Below are positions 1-12,796 of a DNA stretch of 64,000 nt, piece after piece (within the stretch, counting starts at the first letter, position 1; each line of letters starts with the position of its first letter). This DNA is from Squalus acanthias (Eukaryota), in NCBI GenBank assembly GCA_030390025.1, contig CM059432.1, positions 37,388,001 to 37,452,000 of the forward strand, read 5' to 3'. The notes under the pieces were generated by a model. It saw only the letters and a program-made list of their open reading frames with translations, made no database searches and had not been told where the DNA came from. The position numbers were made by a program, and so were the translations under genes.

Positions 1-748
1 GCAAGGGAATACACAATTAATGGGAGGATACTGAGAGGTGTGGAGGAACAGAGGGACCTTGGAGTGTATGTCCACAGATCCTTAAAGGTAGCAGGACAGG
101 TCGATAAAGTAGTTAAAAAGGCATACGGAATGCTTTCCTTTATTAGCTGAGGCATAGAATATAAGAGTAGGGAAGTTATGTTAGAACTGTATACAACACT
201 GGTTAGGCCACAGCTTGAGTACTGCGTGCAGTTCTGGTCACCACATTACAGGGAGGATGTGATTGCACTGGAGAGGGTGCAGAGGAGATTTACGAGGATG
301 TTGCCAGGACTGGAAAACTTTAGCTATGAGTAAAGATTGGATAGGCTGGGGTTGTTTTCCTTGGAACAGAGGAGGCTGAGAGGAAATTTAATTGAGATGT
401 ATAAAATTATGAGGGGCCTAGATAGAGTGGATATGAAGGACAAGGGGTCAAGAACTAGGGGGCATAGATTTAAAGTAGTTGGTAGAAGGATTAGAGGGGA
501 GATGAGGAAAAAAAATTTCACCCAGAGGGTGGTGGGGGTTTGGAACTCACTGCCCGAAAGGGTGGTAGAGGCAGAAACCCTCATCACATTTAAAAATTGC
601 TTGGATGTGCACTTGAAGAGCCATAATCTACAGGGCTATGACATGGTGCTGGAAGGTGGGATTAGGCTGGGTAGCTCTTTTCAGAGCGGCACGGACACGA
701 TGGGCCGAATGGCCTCCTTCTGTGTTGTAATTTTTCTATGATTCTATG
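1..748 (+). mobile_element. CR1 LINE 3' fragment (ORF2 C-terminus and tail)
   Basis: ORF 337-741 contains LGLFSLEQRRLRG and FTQRVVGVWNSLP, typical CR1 ORF2 C-terminal motifs; ends in a TTCTATGATTCTATG tail; in-frame stops upstream. Confidence 0.9.
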
Positions 749-884
749 AAACTGCCACGGTAAAATTAGAACTCATGTTCTACACCGAATTATTAGTCCG
801 GGACTCTGAATTACTAGTTCAGTAACATAACCACTACACTACTGTACTCACATATGCATGAAGTGTTCCCCTGAAGCATGCAGT

Positions 885-1046
885 ATTGACACATTTAAGG
901 AGTGGCTTCATGCATATATTAGGGAGAATGGAATAGAGGGAGGGTGCGAAGAGGTAATTGGAGTGGGAGGAGGCTCGTGTGGAGTATAAACACCATCATA
1001 GCCTCGTTAGGCCGAATGGCCTCTTTCTGTGCTGTAGATTCTATGT
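885..1046 (+). mobile_element. Short CR1 3' end fragment
   Basis: GGCCGAATGGCCT...CTGTGCTGTAGATTCTATG CR1-type 3' terminus. Confidence 0.6.
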
Positions 1047-1064
1047 AGAAGAGCCGTGGAAATT

Positions 1065-1225
1065 ACCTAGAATTTACAGCACAGAAGTAGGCCATTCAGC
1101 CCACCTGGTCTATGCCGGTGTATATGCGCTATACGAGCCTCCTCCCACTCTACTTCATTTAACCCTATCAGCATATCCTTCTATTCCTTCCTCCCTCATG
1201 TACTTACCTAGCTTCCCCTTAAATT
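1065..1225 (-). mobile_element. Short CR1 3' end fragment
   Basis: Reverse-complement 3' terminus ACAGCACAGAAGTAGGCCATTCAGCCC, similar to 885-1046 in opposite orientation. Confidence 0.6.
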
Positions 1226-1344
1226 CTGAAAGATTGGTGTTCACACCATTTTCCCAGAGTTTCCACATCTCTTTCACAGAAGTTATCGTGCATGAGTGGG
1301 AAAACCTTCATGGAAATTCAACCTCTGTGTTTCAGGGCAGAGTC

Positions 1345-1535
1345 ATTCATAGAATCATACGGCACAGGAGGCTGCCATTTAGCCCATCATGCCTGTGCCG
1401 GCTCTTTGGCAGAGCTATCCAAATAGTCCCACTCCCCTGCTCTTTCCCCATAGCCCTGCAAATGTTTCTTTTTCAAGTAAATAGCCAATTCTCCTTTGCA
1501 AGTTACGATTGAATCTGCTTCTACCACCCTTTCAG
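1345..1535 (-). mobile_element. Short CR1 3' end fragment
   Basis: CATAGAATCATA tail followed by GCCATTTAGCCCATC and CR1 3' UTR-like sequence. Confidence 0.65.
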
Positions 1536-2035
1536 TGGATGGATTACAGGGTATGGAGCGAGGTTGGGTTGGTCAATGCAGCATATCTCGGAGAAGGGGA
1601 AGGGCCTTTCTTTGTAAAATATATCTTCCATTTTGAAAGCTTAGTGGCTCGCCAAGTCTCTTCCTGGTCTCTGGCACTAATTTCCTGTCACAAATTCCGA
1701 GTATGCTGCCCAGAAGGTCCTAGGCACATTTTCTCCAAAAGGCACCTGAAAATGGCCAGGGATATCCTGCTCGGTCCGATTTTCTATCCTCAGCTTGCAA
1801 CGGGCTGACTCGTTTTAGGAACAGGCTGTGTGGGGGATGTGGAGTGGGTACCCGTGTGGTGGTACAAGTAAGCTACAAGTTGGATAGAAGTTGGTCCATT
1901 TGCCAGCAGGCTTCAACCTAATAACACTAAAGTAGAACAGGAGAGTGCAGTTAGGCCAGTGCTCAGAAACATACACCGTGACCCACCAATTAAGCATTGA
2001 TTGTCAATCTGACCCATCAATAGCTGAATTATACT

Positions 2036-2373
2036 GGATATGGTGGCCTAGTGGTTATGCTACTGGACTAGCAGCTCAGTCATGAGTTCAAATTCCACCT
2101 GGGAAACTTGTGAAATTGAATTCAATGAATCTGATAATTTCTGGGCTGGCACCAGAAAATGATCGTGATAGCTGCTGTATTGTTGTAAAAACCCAATTGG
2201 TTCATTTATGTGCTTCCAGGAAGGGAGCCTGCTACCCTTACCTGGAATGACCTACATGTGATTCCAGTCCTACACTATGTGGTTGACTCTTAATGTCCTC
2301 AGGGTCACGAGTGATGGGCAATAAATGTGGCCTTGCCAGGATCACCCTCATCCGGAGAACAAATTATAAAAAA
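2036..2373 (+). mobile_element. tRNA-derived SINE
   Basis: A-box-like TGGCCTAGTGG, B-box-like GAGTTCAAATTCC, GGGCAATAAATG 3' segment and A-rich tail. Confidence 0.6.
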
Positions 2374-3059
2374 GATGCACCATCAGGTTCAATAATGAAC
2401 TAAGTAGCCCAGAAGGTCCTCGGTACAAATCCTAATTTACGTTGAGTGGATGAATCCCAGCTAGGGTGATGGGGGTGGTGCTGCAATTTGCTCAGCATCC
2501 CATGGCCAGAGAAGGAGACAAATTTTACCACAGTACTTGCTTATGATCCGTGACCCCTCCTCCCCGCCCAAAAGCACGTTTGTGGATGTTGGGTGAGACC
2601 AGGATTGGGTTTGATTCCCTCCATGGTTGAATTGCCTGCCAACACTCAAAGCTAAATGGAGAATGAGAGAAAAAAATTGAACAAGGGAGAGAAAACAAAA
2701 TCAGATGTTCCGAAGTGCAAGCTTCTGAATTTGATGAATAGATATTCATCTTTCAGAGGACAGCGTCACATCTAAAGGCAGCTGGTATTGGCCTACAGAA
2801 TGTTGCAGCCTGCAGCCTGGCGAAATGACTCATATTGAGCTGTGTTTGTTCTTCTCTAATGGAACAGAATAGTCATTGGATGTTAAATATTTCTAAAATT
2901 GCAGTAAATTAAAAATTGGCCAAAATGAAAAGGGGTCGATGCCTTACCCGTTATAGAGGACTGAAAATAATAAGATCTGTTTGCTCATCTTGCCCTGTAG
3001 TCACATAAACAGATTAGCTGCTGCTACAGTCCAGATAAACACATATCCCGACACAAATC

Positions 3060-3560
3060 CCACCTTGTTCTCCCCCACTGCATAGAATCCCAATGCAATA
3101 AACCCCTTCCCATTCACTCCCATTCTGTAGAATCTCAATGGAGCAAACCCATTCCCATTCACTCCCATTGTGTAGAATCACAATGTACTAAACCCCTTAC
3201 CATTCACTCCCATTGTGTAGAATCACAATGGATCAAACCCCTTCTCATCCAATCCCATTGCGTAGAATCACAATGGAACAAACCCCTTCCCATTCACACA
3301 TAGGAACACACTCCCATTATGTAGAATCACAATGGAACAAACACTTTCCATCCACTCCCATTGCATGAATTCCCAGTGGAACAAACCCCTTCCCATTCCC
3401 GTCCATTGAATAAAATTGTAATTGACTAACCTCTTCCCAGTCCCTCGCGGTGTATAGAATTATAACTGACTAACCCCCTTCCCATTCACTCTCATTGCAT
3501 GAAATTCCAATGGACAGGATGACATCCCATTGACCTTGGGTATGTGGAATCCCAGTGTAA
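3060..3560. repeat. 45-bp minisatellite, about 11 degenerate copies, each with an internal hairpin
   Basis: AACCCCTTCCCATTCACTCCCATTGTGTAGAATCACAATGGAACA recurs at about 3101, 3146, 3191, 3236 and 3281. Confidence 0.85.
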
Positions 3561-4049
3561 AAATTCCCTTTCCTTTCCTACCCTACAGAATATGAAGCAT
3601 CTTGGGAAATGGGAGAGGCATTTATCAGAGTTTGACTGTACTGCTTTAATATAGAACATCTAGAGAAATCCAGCTGAGTAGTGACATCAGTGGGACATCA
3701 CATCCTCATGAGGTGGTCTCACCTTCATCTTCATGTTAAGGCTTCAACCCACAGGCTTAAAGATTGGGGATGAGTTGGGGATGTGATTCTCATGTTCATT
3801 CCCTCTGGATTTTATCGCTTAATCATCCCACGGCTTTTAAAATATAGAATGTTATTCTTAAAGGGGTATTTTCTCCACGTAAAAGCATTTGGGCAAACCC
3901 CTTTTTTTTAGGGGGGGAGGGAGAGGAGCTAGATGATGTTATGCGAAATGACGCATTGAAGTTCTCGACATGATTTACATTGTTGAGTAGTGCGCTTGTG
4001 AATGAATGATGCCACCATCAAGAGGTTGCAGTAATGAAGAAAAATGAGG

Positions 4050-4523
4050 GCTGTTTTTACGGAACAGCGAAGGTTAAGGGGAGAACTAATAGAGTTTTTT
4101 TTAATTTATGAAAGGTTTCAGATGGGTAAATAGTGAAAGGTTGTATCCAATGGTTGGTGAATCAGTGACAAGAACAGTAGAACAACAAAGAGGGAGGTGA
4201 GAAGAAATATTTTCACACCGAGGGCCACTAGAACATGGAGGGGGTAATTTTAACTTTTGGTGATAGTGTAAACTGGGCGATATCAGATCAGCCATCCGTT
4301 ATACACCTCTCCTGATTTTCACTTCAATTGAACATTTTATCACGGGAGGCTATTGAGATTGATCATTTAAAGGGAATGGGAGAAAGATTTCAAATGGAAG
4401 AATATAAAAGATTACGGGGAATGGACAGTGAAATGGGATTCGAGCAGACTGCTCCAGTTCAAAAGCCAGCACTGGTGTGATGGGCCAAATGGCCTCCGGT
4501 GCTTAATTTTGATGATTCTATGA
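4050..4523 (+). mobile_element. Old degraded CR1 3' fragment
   Basis: Decayed ORF2 end, GGGCCAAATGGCCTCC motif and GATTCTATG tail. Confidence 0.55.
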
Positions 4524-5398
4524 ACTGAAACAAAGCTTTCCCAAATGCTTTGCCTTGAAGAGAGTGTCTCTTTAGTGAATTGCTCGTCATGGTTCGAAAT
4601 GTTTGTCACTGATGTTTCTAGAAGGGCGCAAGTAACGCCATCGGCAATGCGATGATATCATCACAGAGCACGTGCTGACACGTTGATCAATTTACATTCA
4701 ATGAAATGACCACATGTCCACTCAGAGAGTCAGCAGATGTTGTTCTGTACTCTTCATCGCCTTGTGAGTGATCTGTGTGGTGTTATCTGTACAGATGCAT
4801 TTGACTGTTTCAGCCACGGAACAGAGGGCAAGTGGGCTGAGGGACAAGCAGGAAGGCTCCAGGGTTGAATCCTGGTCTGTGCTGATAGTTTGGTCTCAGC
4901 CAGGACTGTGGTGGGGTGGCAGGCGATATGATGGAACCAGGAGCCCCTGGGTGAGGCAGGGTTCCTCTTCCTGATCAATAATACTAACTTCTCCCAGTCA
5001 GCATCCTCCATTGAAGACTGTATCGCTACTAATGTGTACCCACTCCCTCACATGGTCACTCAGTAACCATTCCCATCTGGCAGCCAATTGAGGTCATCGG
5101 TTCAATTATTTTCAGTTAGTTAATCATTAGGAATGGCGGTAACCGTACACAGGCTCTTGGGCCCCACTAAAATGTGCTCAATTTCCCTCCCGGATTATAA
5201 CATAATTTTCCAAATGTGTTGTGATTGGCAGCAGATGCTTCTCGTTCTCAAACCCTATCTGAGGGACTGCTGTGACTGTGCATCACTCTCAGGAACAACG
5301 CACCCATTTATTACCTTCTCTTCTCTTTTCTTCTTCCCCCATGTGTGTACGTGTGTGTGTGGGGTTTGTTTTTTGTTTTGAAACAATTCTATCTCCAG

Positions 5399-5554
5399 GA
5401 TGATGCGAACGGACAAAATAAAACCCAAGATTCATTAAAAACCTGCCCGAAAGACGAAGACTCACTCAACGTGCAAAACAACTGGACGCCAAAACACGAC
5501 AACAAGGACAGCGCGAGTGCTGAGGTAAACTCGCTACAGAACAACATGATGTAA
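5399..5554 (+). CDS. Probable terminal coding exon of an unidentified host gene (51 aa, DDANGQNK...VNSLQNNMM*)
   Basis: T-rich tract and CAG acceptor at 5396-5398; phase-0 open frame to TAA; CpG-containing composition unlike the flanks; followed by an AT-rich UTR. Confidence 0.55.
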   Translation, partial: DDANGQNKTQDSLKTCPKDEDSLNVQNNWTPKHDNKDSASAEVNSLQNNMM

Positions 5555-5913
5555 ATCAGTCGCAACAAATGTGTACATTTTTTTTTAAATTACATTTTTC
5601 CCCCTGCCTTATGGAACGCTTAGCATGCTTTGATGTATTTTATATAAAAAAATATATAAAGAGAGATAATTATGAGAAATCCTTTGTTATTCGTTTGACA
5701 AAAAAGACAGAAAACAGCAAAAAAATAATCCCCCTCCCTCGAACTGAATTGTGACCCCTCCTCGCTTTGATTGACCATAAGTTGCAGTTTGATGGAGTGA
5801 TTTACATTTGCTGCTGAGTTTTTGTACTTAGCCTATCTGGCTATATTTTTCTCTCTCTTCTGGATTTTCCGTTTTGACCTGAGACTCAGAAAACAAAAAA
5901 TGTTGATTATTGA

Positions 5914-5955
5914 AATAAATCTTTTTAAATTTAAGTGTAGTGTGTGTGTGTGTTT
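5914..5955 (+). terminator. Polyadenylation signal and GT-rich downstream element
   Basis: AATAAA at 5914-5919 followed about 20 nt later by a (TG)n tract. Confidence 0.5.
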
Positions 5956-6074
5956 ATGTTTCCTCCATCACTTTGTGACTGGGAAATTTCTGTATGGTTT
6001 TCACCCCTGACCTTTACCCAGGGTATGCAAGTGTAAGGTTGCAAAAAGAAGGGCACAGAAGACAGACTGGATCT

Positions 6075-6209
6075 TGGTTTAATGTCTCATCCAAAGGACA
6101 GCACCTCCAACAGTGCAGCACTCCCTCAGTACTGCACTGGAGTGTTAGCCAGAATTAGGGGCTCAAGCCCTGGAGTGGGACTCAAACCCACAACCATTGA
6201 GCCAAGCTA
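6075..6209 (-). mobile_element. SINE fragment (Deu-domain/SacSINE1-like)
   Basis: CAGTGCAGCACTCCCTCAGTACTGCACTG core and reverse-complement tRNA-like head; family assignment from memory. Confidence 0.55.
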
Positions 6210-6438
6210 GTACTCAGGTACTCGCCTGAAATAAACTAACCACAGAACAGAACGATTGAAGCATCAAGAAGATTCTCTCCCTGCAACAAAAACAAATGTA
6301 AGCGTGTGGAATAGAGCTCCAGAAACAACAGTTAATGCTGTCCAGTTAGGAATGGGATTGAGGATTATAAGGATAAATGTAGATGCTTCAAATCAGATTC
6401 TATTTAACCTGACACCACTGCCCGCTTGCATGGCAAGT

Positions 6439-6511
6439 GCCTTCTCAGCGCAGCAGGCAGCGTGTCAGTCTCCTAATCTGAAGGTCCTGAGTTGAATCTT
6501 CAGAGAAGGCG
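6439..6511 (+). pseudogene. Elongator tRNA-Met-derived gene with CCT anticodon (probable pseudogene)
   Basis: GCCTTCT CA GCGC...TCAGT CTCCTAA TCTGA AGGTC CTGAG TTGAATC TTCAG AGAAGGC G: Met body with T8C, C56G, C61T and G73. Confidence 0.85.
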
Positions 6512-6690
6512 TCAGTGCTGGCAAAGTAGTTTTTTTGGCTTCTCTCACCTTTGCTGGATGCGAAAATCAAGAAATCTTGCTGACGACATGGCAGAAAAAG
6601 ATTTGCTGTCCTTTGGCGCGTCTGACAGGGGTTCAGTGACACGTGAGAGCCCGTTTCTTTTGGAAGAAATGCTCTAAGCCAAAAGGGCAG

Positions 6691-6763
6691 TGGAGAATGC
6701 GGGCATCGATCCCGCTACCTCTCACATGCTAAGCGAGCGCTCTACCATTTGAGCTAATTCCCC
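6691..6763 (-). tRNA. tRNA-Ala(AGC)
   Basis: GGGGAATTAGCTCAAATGGTAGAGCGCTCGCTTAGCATGTGAGAGGTAGCGGGATCGATGCCCGCATTCTCCA; full cloverleaf, G3:U70, TTTT terminator. Confidence 0.97.
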
Positions 6764-7306
6764 GGTCGCTTCTTGCGAGATACCTTAGTTTGCTTCTCAG
6801 TAGCCTCTTCGCACTCGCCTCCAAGCTGCTCCATGACCGGCAGAGAAATCCTGCTTGAGGATTGGCCCACTCCTTGGATCCATTATATACTTTGCTCCAA
6901 TCGGCGTTGCCGAGCAGCAGCAGGACGCGAAGCCACGGCAGCGATGAAAGAAGCCGAGAAGAGCCCGAGACTGCGGCAGGGAAGCGAGGTGACGGGAAAG
7001 TGGCGGCCGTCCCGAGCGTGAGGGAGCAGGCGAGAGCGCTGTCTGACTGATAGACGATTTCTTTTGCCTGAAAGTGAGTGCTGAGTGTTTAGAAGTGTTG
7101 CTGCTCAATGGCACTCCCTGCTGGTGAGCAGACACAAATGCTCAAGCAAAACAGCTGTGTGCTGGTGGACGCAGAGAGCATTAAAGTTTGAGACAAGAAA
7201 AAGAGGTGTCCTGTGCCTTAGTGGCAACATGATGCACTATAAAGTGAAGAGAGGCACTTTGAGCGAATTGCTGCTTACCACCTGCTTACTCCAAAAGCAC
7301 GCCAGC

Positions 7307-7344
7307 TCCTTCGAGCCTGAATTAAACCAGCGACCTAAGGATGA
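7307..7344 (-). pseudogene. 3' exon of a tRNA-Tyr split by the CR1 nest
   Basis: Matches the Tyr 3' exon with two substitutions; the rest of the gene is at 18988-19032. Confidence 0.9.
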
Positions 7345-8763
7345 GTCATAGAGTTATAGAGTCATAATGACACAGAAGGAGGCCATTCAGCCCATCGAGT
7401 CCGTGCCTGCTCTCTGTAGAACAATCCAGTCAGTCCCATTCCCCCGCTCTATCCCCGTAGCCCTGCAAGTTTATTTCCCTCAAGTGCCGATCCAGTCTCC
7501 CCTTGAAAACATTGAGTGTCTCCGCTTCCACCACTTCCGGCAGCAGCGAGTTCCAGGTCCTCACCACTCGCTGTGTAAAAAAGTTTTTCCTCACATTCCC
7601 CCTGTATCTCTTGGTCAAAACCTTAAATCTGTGTCCCCTCGTCCTGGTACCATCAACTAGTGGGAACAGCCTTTCCCCGTCTAGCCTATCCAAACCCATC
7701 ATAATCTTGTACACCTCTATCAAATCACCCCTCAACCTCCTTTGCTCTAATGAAAACAAATCCAGCTTCTCCAACCTGCCCTTGTAGCTAAGATCCCCCA
7801 TCCCTGGAACCATTCTGGTAAATCTCCTCTGCACCCTCTCAAGGGCCTTCACATCCTTCCTAAAGTGTGGTGACCAGAACTGGACGCAATACTCCAGTTG
7901 TGGCCTAACCAGCGCTTTATAAAGGTTCACCATAACTTCTCTACTTTTGTACTCAATACCTCTATTTATGAAGCCAAAGATCCCATATGCTTTGTTAACC
8001 ACTCTCTCAATATGTCCCGCCACCTTCAGGGACCTATGCACATTAACTCCCAGGTCCCTCTGTCCCTGCACACTCTTTAAAACTGTGCCATTAAGTGTAT
8101 ATTGCCTCTCCCTGTTCCTTCTACCAAAATGCATCACCTCACACTTCTCTATTAAATTCCATCTGCCACTTGTCTGCCCATTCTGCTAGCCTTTCTATGT
8201 CCTGTTGTAGTCAATTGGTATCATCTTCACTGTTTGCCACACTCCCAAGTTTGGTGTCATCGGCAAATTTAGAAATTCTACTCTATTCCAATATCCAGGT
8301 CATTTATACGTATCAAAAAAAGCAGTGGCCCCAGCATTGACCCTTGGGGAACACCACTGTCTACCATCCTCCAGTCTGAAAAACAGCCATTTATCACAAC
8401 TCACTATTTTCTGTCCTTAAGCCAATTCCTTATCCAAGCTGCCACCTATTCCATGAGCCTCAATTTTGTTAACCAGCCTTCTATGTGGTACTTTGTCAAA
8501 CGCCTTCCTAAAATCCATGTAGACAACATCCATTGCATTCCCTTTATCAATCCTCCCTGTTACTTCATCAAAAAATCCAATTAGATTAGTCAAACATGAT
8601 CTGCGTTTTACAAATCTGTGTTGGCTCTCCTTAATTAGCTTAAACCTCTCCAAGTGCCCATTAATTTTTTCCTTGATTATTGTTTCTAAAACTTTACCCA
8701 CCACTGATGTTAAACTGACCGGCCTGTAGTTACTAGGATTGTCCTTATACCCTTTCTTGAACA
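7345..8763 (-). mobile_element. CR1 family A copy 1, 3' part (continues at 15712-16159)
   Basis: (GTCATAGA)n-type tail at 7345; ORFs 7430-8137 and 8417-8824 encode RT fragments. Confidence 0.95.
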
Positions 8764-9848
8764 TAGAAACATAGAAGATAGGAGCAGGAGTAGGCCATTC
8801 GGCCCCTCGAGCCTGCTCCGCCATTCGATGAGATCATGGCTGATCATCCAAACTCAGTACCCTGTCCCTGCCTTCTCCCCATATCCCTTGATACCTTTAG
8901 CTTTAAGAAATATATCTAACTCATTCTTGAATATATTTAATGACTTGGCCTCAACTACCTTCTGTGGTAGAGAATTCCACAGGTTCACCACTCTCTGAGT
9001 GAAGAAATTCTTCCTCATTTCTGTCCTGAATGGCTTACCCGTTATCCTTAGATTATGACCCCTGGTTCTGGACTCTCCGACATCGGGAACATTCTTCCTG
9101 CATCTAGTTTGTCCAGACCTGTCAGAATTTTATATGTTTTGATGAGATCCCCTCTCATTCTTCTATACTCCGGCGAGTATAAGCCCAATCGACCCAATCT
9201 CTCCTCATATGTCATTCCTGCCATCCCAGGTATCAGCCTTGTGAATCTTCACTGAACTCCTTCCATGGCAAGAACATCCTTCCTCAGATAAGGCGACCAA
9301 AACTGCACACAGTACTCAAGGTGTGGTCTCACCAAGGCCCTGTACAACTGCAGCAGGACATCCCTGTTCCTATACTCAAACCCTTTCGCTATGAAGGCCA
9401 ACATACCATTTGCCTTCTTCACCGCCTGCTGCACCTGCATGCTTACTTTCAGCGACTGGTGCACAAGGACACCCAGGTCTCGTTGCACTTCCCCTTCTCC
9501 CAATCTATTGCCATTCAGATAATAGTCTGCCTTTCTGTTTTTGACACCAAAGTGGATAACCTCGCATTTATCCACGTTATATTGCATCTGCCACGCTTCT
9601 GCCCACTCACCCAACCTGTCCAAATCATCCTGGAGTTTCTCGGTATCCTCCTCGCAGCACAAACTCCCACCCAGCTTTGTGTCATCTGCAAACTTGGAGA
9701 TATTACATTTAGTTCCCTTATCTAGATCATTAATGTATATTGTGAATAGCTGGGGTCCAAGGACCGATCCCTGCGGTACCCCACTAGTCACTGCTTGCCA
9801 CTCGGAAAAAGACCAATTAATTCCTACTCTCTGCTTTCTGTCCGCCAA
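8764..9848 (-). mobile_element. CR1 family B host copy, 3' part
   Basis: (CATAGAAA)n tail; RT motifs GVPQGSVLGP and FADD. Confidence 0.95.
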
Positions 9849-12796
9849 TAATTCATATAGGTCTGAGAGCGTTAAAAAAACAAGCCTGAAGGCTTTGTGT
9901 CTTAATGCAAGGAGCATTCGGAACAAGGTGGATGAATTAGCTGTGCAAATAGAGGTAAATGAATACGATTTGATTGGGATTACAGAAACATGGCTCCAGG
10001 GTGGCCAAGGCTGGGAACTCAACATCCAGGGTTATTCAATATTTAGGAAAGATAGGCAAAAAAGAAAGGGAGGTGGGGTAGCATTGCTGGTTAAAGAGGG
10101 GATTAACACGATTGAAAGGAAGGATATTAGCTCTGATGATGCGGAATCTGTATGGGTAGAACTGAGAAATAACATGGGGCAGAAAACATTAGTGGGAGTG
10201 GTATATAGACCTCCAAACAGTAATACGGAGGTTGGGGACGGCATTAAAAGGGAAATTAGAGAAGCATGCAGTAAGGGCACAGCAGTCATCATGGGTGACT
10301 TTAATTTACATATAGATTGGGCTAACCAAATTAGTAAAAATACTGTGAAGGAGGAATTCCTAGAATGTTTACGAGATGGTTTTCTGGAACAATATGTCGA
10401 GGAACCAACCAGAGATCAGGCCATCTTAGGCTGGGTATTATGTAACGAGAAAGGATTAATTAGCAATCTTGTTGTACGAGGCCCCTTGGGTCAGAGTGAT
10501 CATAATATGATAGAATTCTTCATTAGGATGGAGAGTGAAGTGGTTGAATCAGAGACTAGGGTCCTGAATTTAAATAAAGGAAACTACGATGGTATGAGGC
10601 GCAAATTGGGTAGGATTGATTGGGGAATGTCACTCAAGGGGTTGACGGTGGATAGGCAATGGCAAACATTCAAAGACTGCATGGATGAACTACAGAATTT
10701 GTTCATCCTAGTGTGGCATAAGAATAAAACAAAAAGGGTGACTCAACCGTGGCTAACAAGAGAAATTAGGGATAGCATAAGATCCAAGGAGAGGGCATAT
10801 AAATTGGCCAGAAAAAGCGGTAGCCCTGAGGATTGGGAGCAGTTTAGGATTCAACAAAGGAGGACAAAGGGATTAATTAAGAAGGGGAAAATAGAATATG
10901 AAAGTAAGCTTGCTGGGAACATAAAAACTGAGTGTAAGAGCTTTTATAGATATGTGAAGAGAAAAAGATTAGTGAAATCAAGTGTAGGTCCCTTGCAGTC
11001 AGAAGCGGGGGAAGTTATAATGGGGAACAAAGAAATGGCAGACCAATTAAATGCATATTTTGGTTCTGTCTTCACAAAGGAGGACACAAATAACCTCCCA
11101 GAGATGTTGGAGAACATAGGGTCTGATGAAAGGGAGGAACTGAAAGAAATCAGTATTTGCAGGGAAATGGTGTTAGGGAAATTGACGGGATTGAAGGCCG
11201 ATAAATCCCGAGGGCCTGATAATCTACATCCTAGGGTACTTAAGGAAGTGGCCCTAGAAATAGTAGTTGCATTGCTGATCATCTTCCAACATTTGATGGA
11301 ATCTGGAACAGTACCCATGGATTGGAGGGTAGCTAATGTTACCCCACTATTCAAAAAGGGTGGTAGAGAGAAAGCGGGGAATTACAGACTGGTAAGCCTG
11401 CCATCAGTATTGGGGAAAATGCTAGGGTCCATTATAAAGGATGTAATAGCTGAGCACTTGAAAAACAGTGACAGGATCGGACAAAGTCAACATGGATTTA
11501 CAAAAGGTAAATCGTGCTTGACTAATCTACTGGAATTTTTTGAGGATGTAACTGGGAAAATAGATAAGGGAGAACCAGTAGATGTGGTGTATTTGGACTT
11601 TCAAAAGGCTTTCGATAAGGTCCTGCATAAGAGATTAGCGTGTAAAGTTAAGGCACATGGGATTGGGGGCAAGGTATTGACTTGGATAGAGAACTGGTTG
11701 GCGGACAGAAAGCAGAGAGTAGGAATTAATGGGTCTTTTTCCGAGTGGCAAGCAGTGACTAGTGGGGTACCGCAGGGATCGGTCCTTGGACCCCAGCTAT
11801 TCACAATATACATTAATGATCTAGATAAGGGAACTAAATGTAATATCTCCAAGTTTGCAGATGACACAAAGCTGGGTGGGAGTGTGTGCTGCAAGGAGGA
11901 TACCGAGAAACTCCAGGATGATTTGGACAGGTTGGGTGAGTGGGCAGAAGCGTGGCAGATGCAATATAACGTGGATAAGTGCGAGGTTATCCACTTTGGT
12001 GTCAAAAACAGAAAGGCAGATTATTATCTGAATGGCAATAGATTGGGATAAGGGGAAGTGCAACGAGACCTGGGTGTCCTTGTGCACCAGTCGCTGAAAG
12101 TAAGCATGCAGGTGCAGCAGGCGGTGAAGAAGGCAAATGGTATGTTGGCCTTCATAGCGAAAGGGTTTGAGTATAGGAACAGGGATGTCCTGCTGCAGTT
12201 GTACAGGGCCTTGGTGAGACCACACCTTGAGTACTGTGTGCAGTTTTGGTCGCCTTATCTGAGGAAGGATGTTCTTGCCATGGAAGGAGTTCAGCGAAGA
12301 TTCACAAGGCTGATACCTGGGATGGCAGGAATGACATATGAGGAGAGATTGGGTCGATTGGGCTTATACTCGCTGGAGTATAGAAGAATGAGAGGGGATG
12401 TCATCGAAACATATAAAATTCTGACAGGTCTGGACAAACTAGATGCAGGAAGAATGTTCCCGATGGTCGGAGAGTCCAGAACCAGGGGTCATAATCTAAG
12501 GATAACGGGTAAGCCATTTAGGACAGAAATTAGGAAGAATTTCTTCACCCAGAGAGTGGTGAACCTGTGGAATTCTCTACCACAGAAGGTAGTTGAGGCT
12601 AAGTCATTAAATATATTCAAGAATGAGTTAGATATATTTCTTAAAGCTAAAGGTATCAAGGGATATGGGGAGAAGGCAGGGACAGGGTACTGAGTTTGGA
12701 TGATCAGCCATGATCTCATCGAATGGCGGAGCAGGCTCGAGGGGCCGAATGGCCTACTCCTGCTCCTATCTTCTATGTTTCTATGTTTCTATATGT
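9847..12796 (+). mobile_element. CR1 family B copy (nearly full ORF2: APE endonuclease and RT) inserted antisense into its sibling
   Basis: NARSIRNK, ITETW, GDFN, SDH endonuclease motifs; FADD; one nonsense codon at 12049-12051; (TTTCTATG)n tail. Confidence 0.95.

Larger units (their letters stand above)
6422..7344. repeat. First, partial and more diverged unit of the tRNA tandem array
   Basis: Colinear with the 1253-bp unit; left edge at CCGCTTGCATGG. Confidence 0.95.

Noticed and set aside
2400..2660. Possible ancient SINE remnants here and near 4860-4960
   Set aside because: Too degraded to assign or bound without a repeat library search.
3060..3560. CRISPR-like palindromic repeats
   Set aside because: No unique spacers, no cas genes, eukaryotic context.
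9541..9846. N-terminal extension of the 836-aa ORF
   Set aside because: Antisense CR1 sequence fused by the nested insertion; not part of ORF2.
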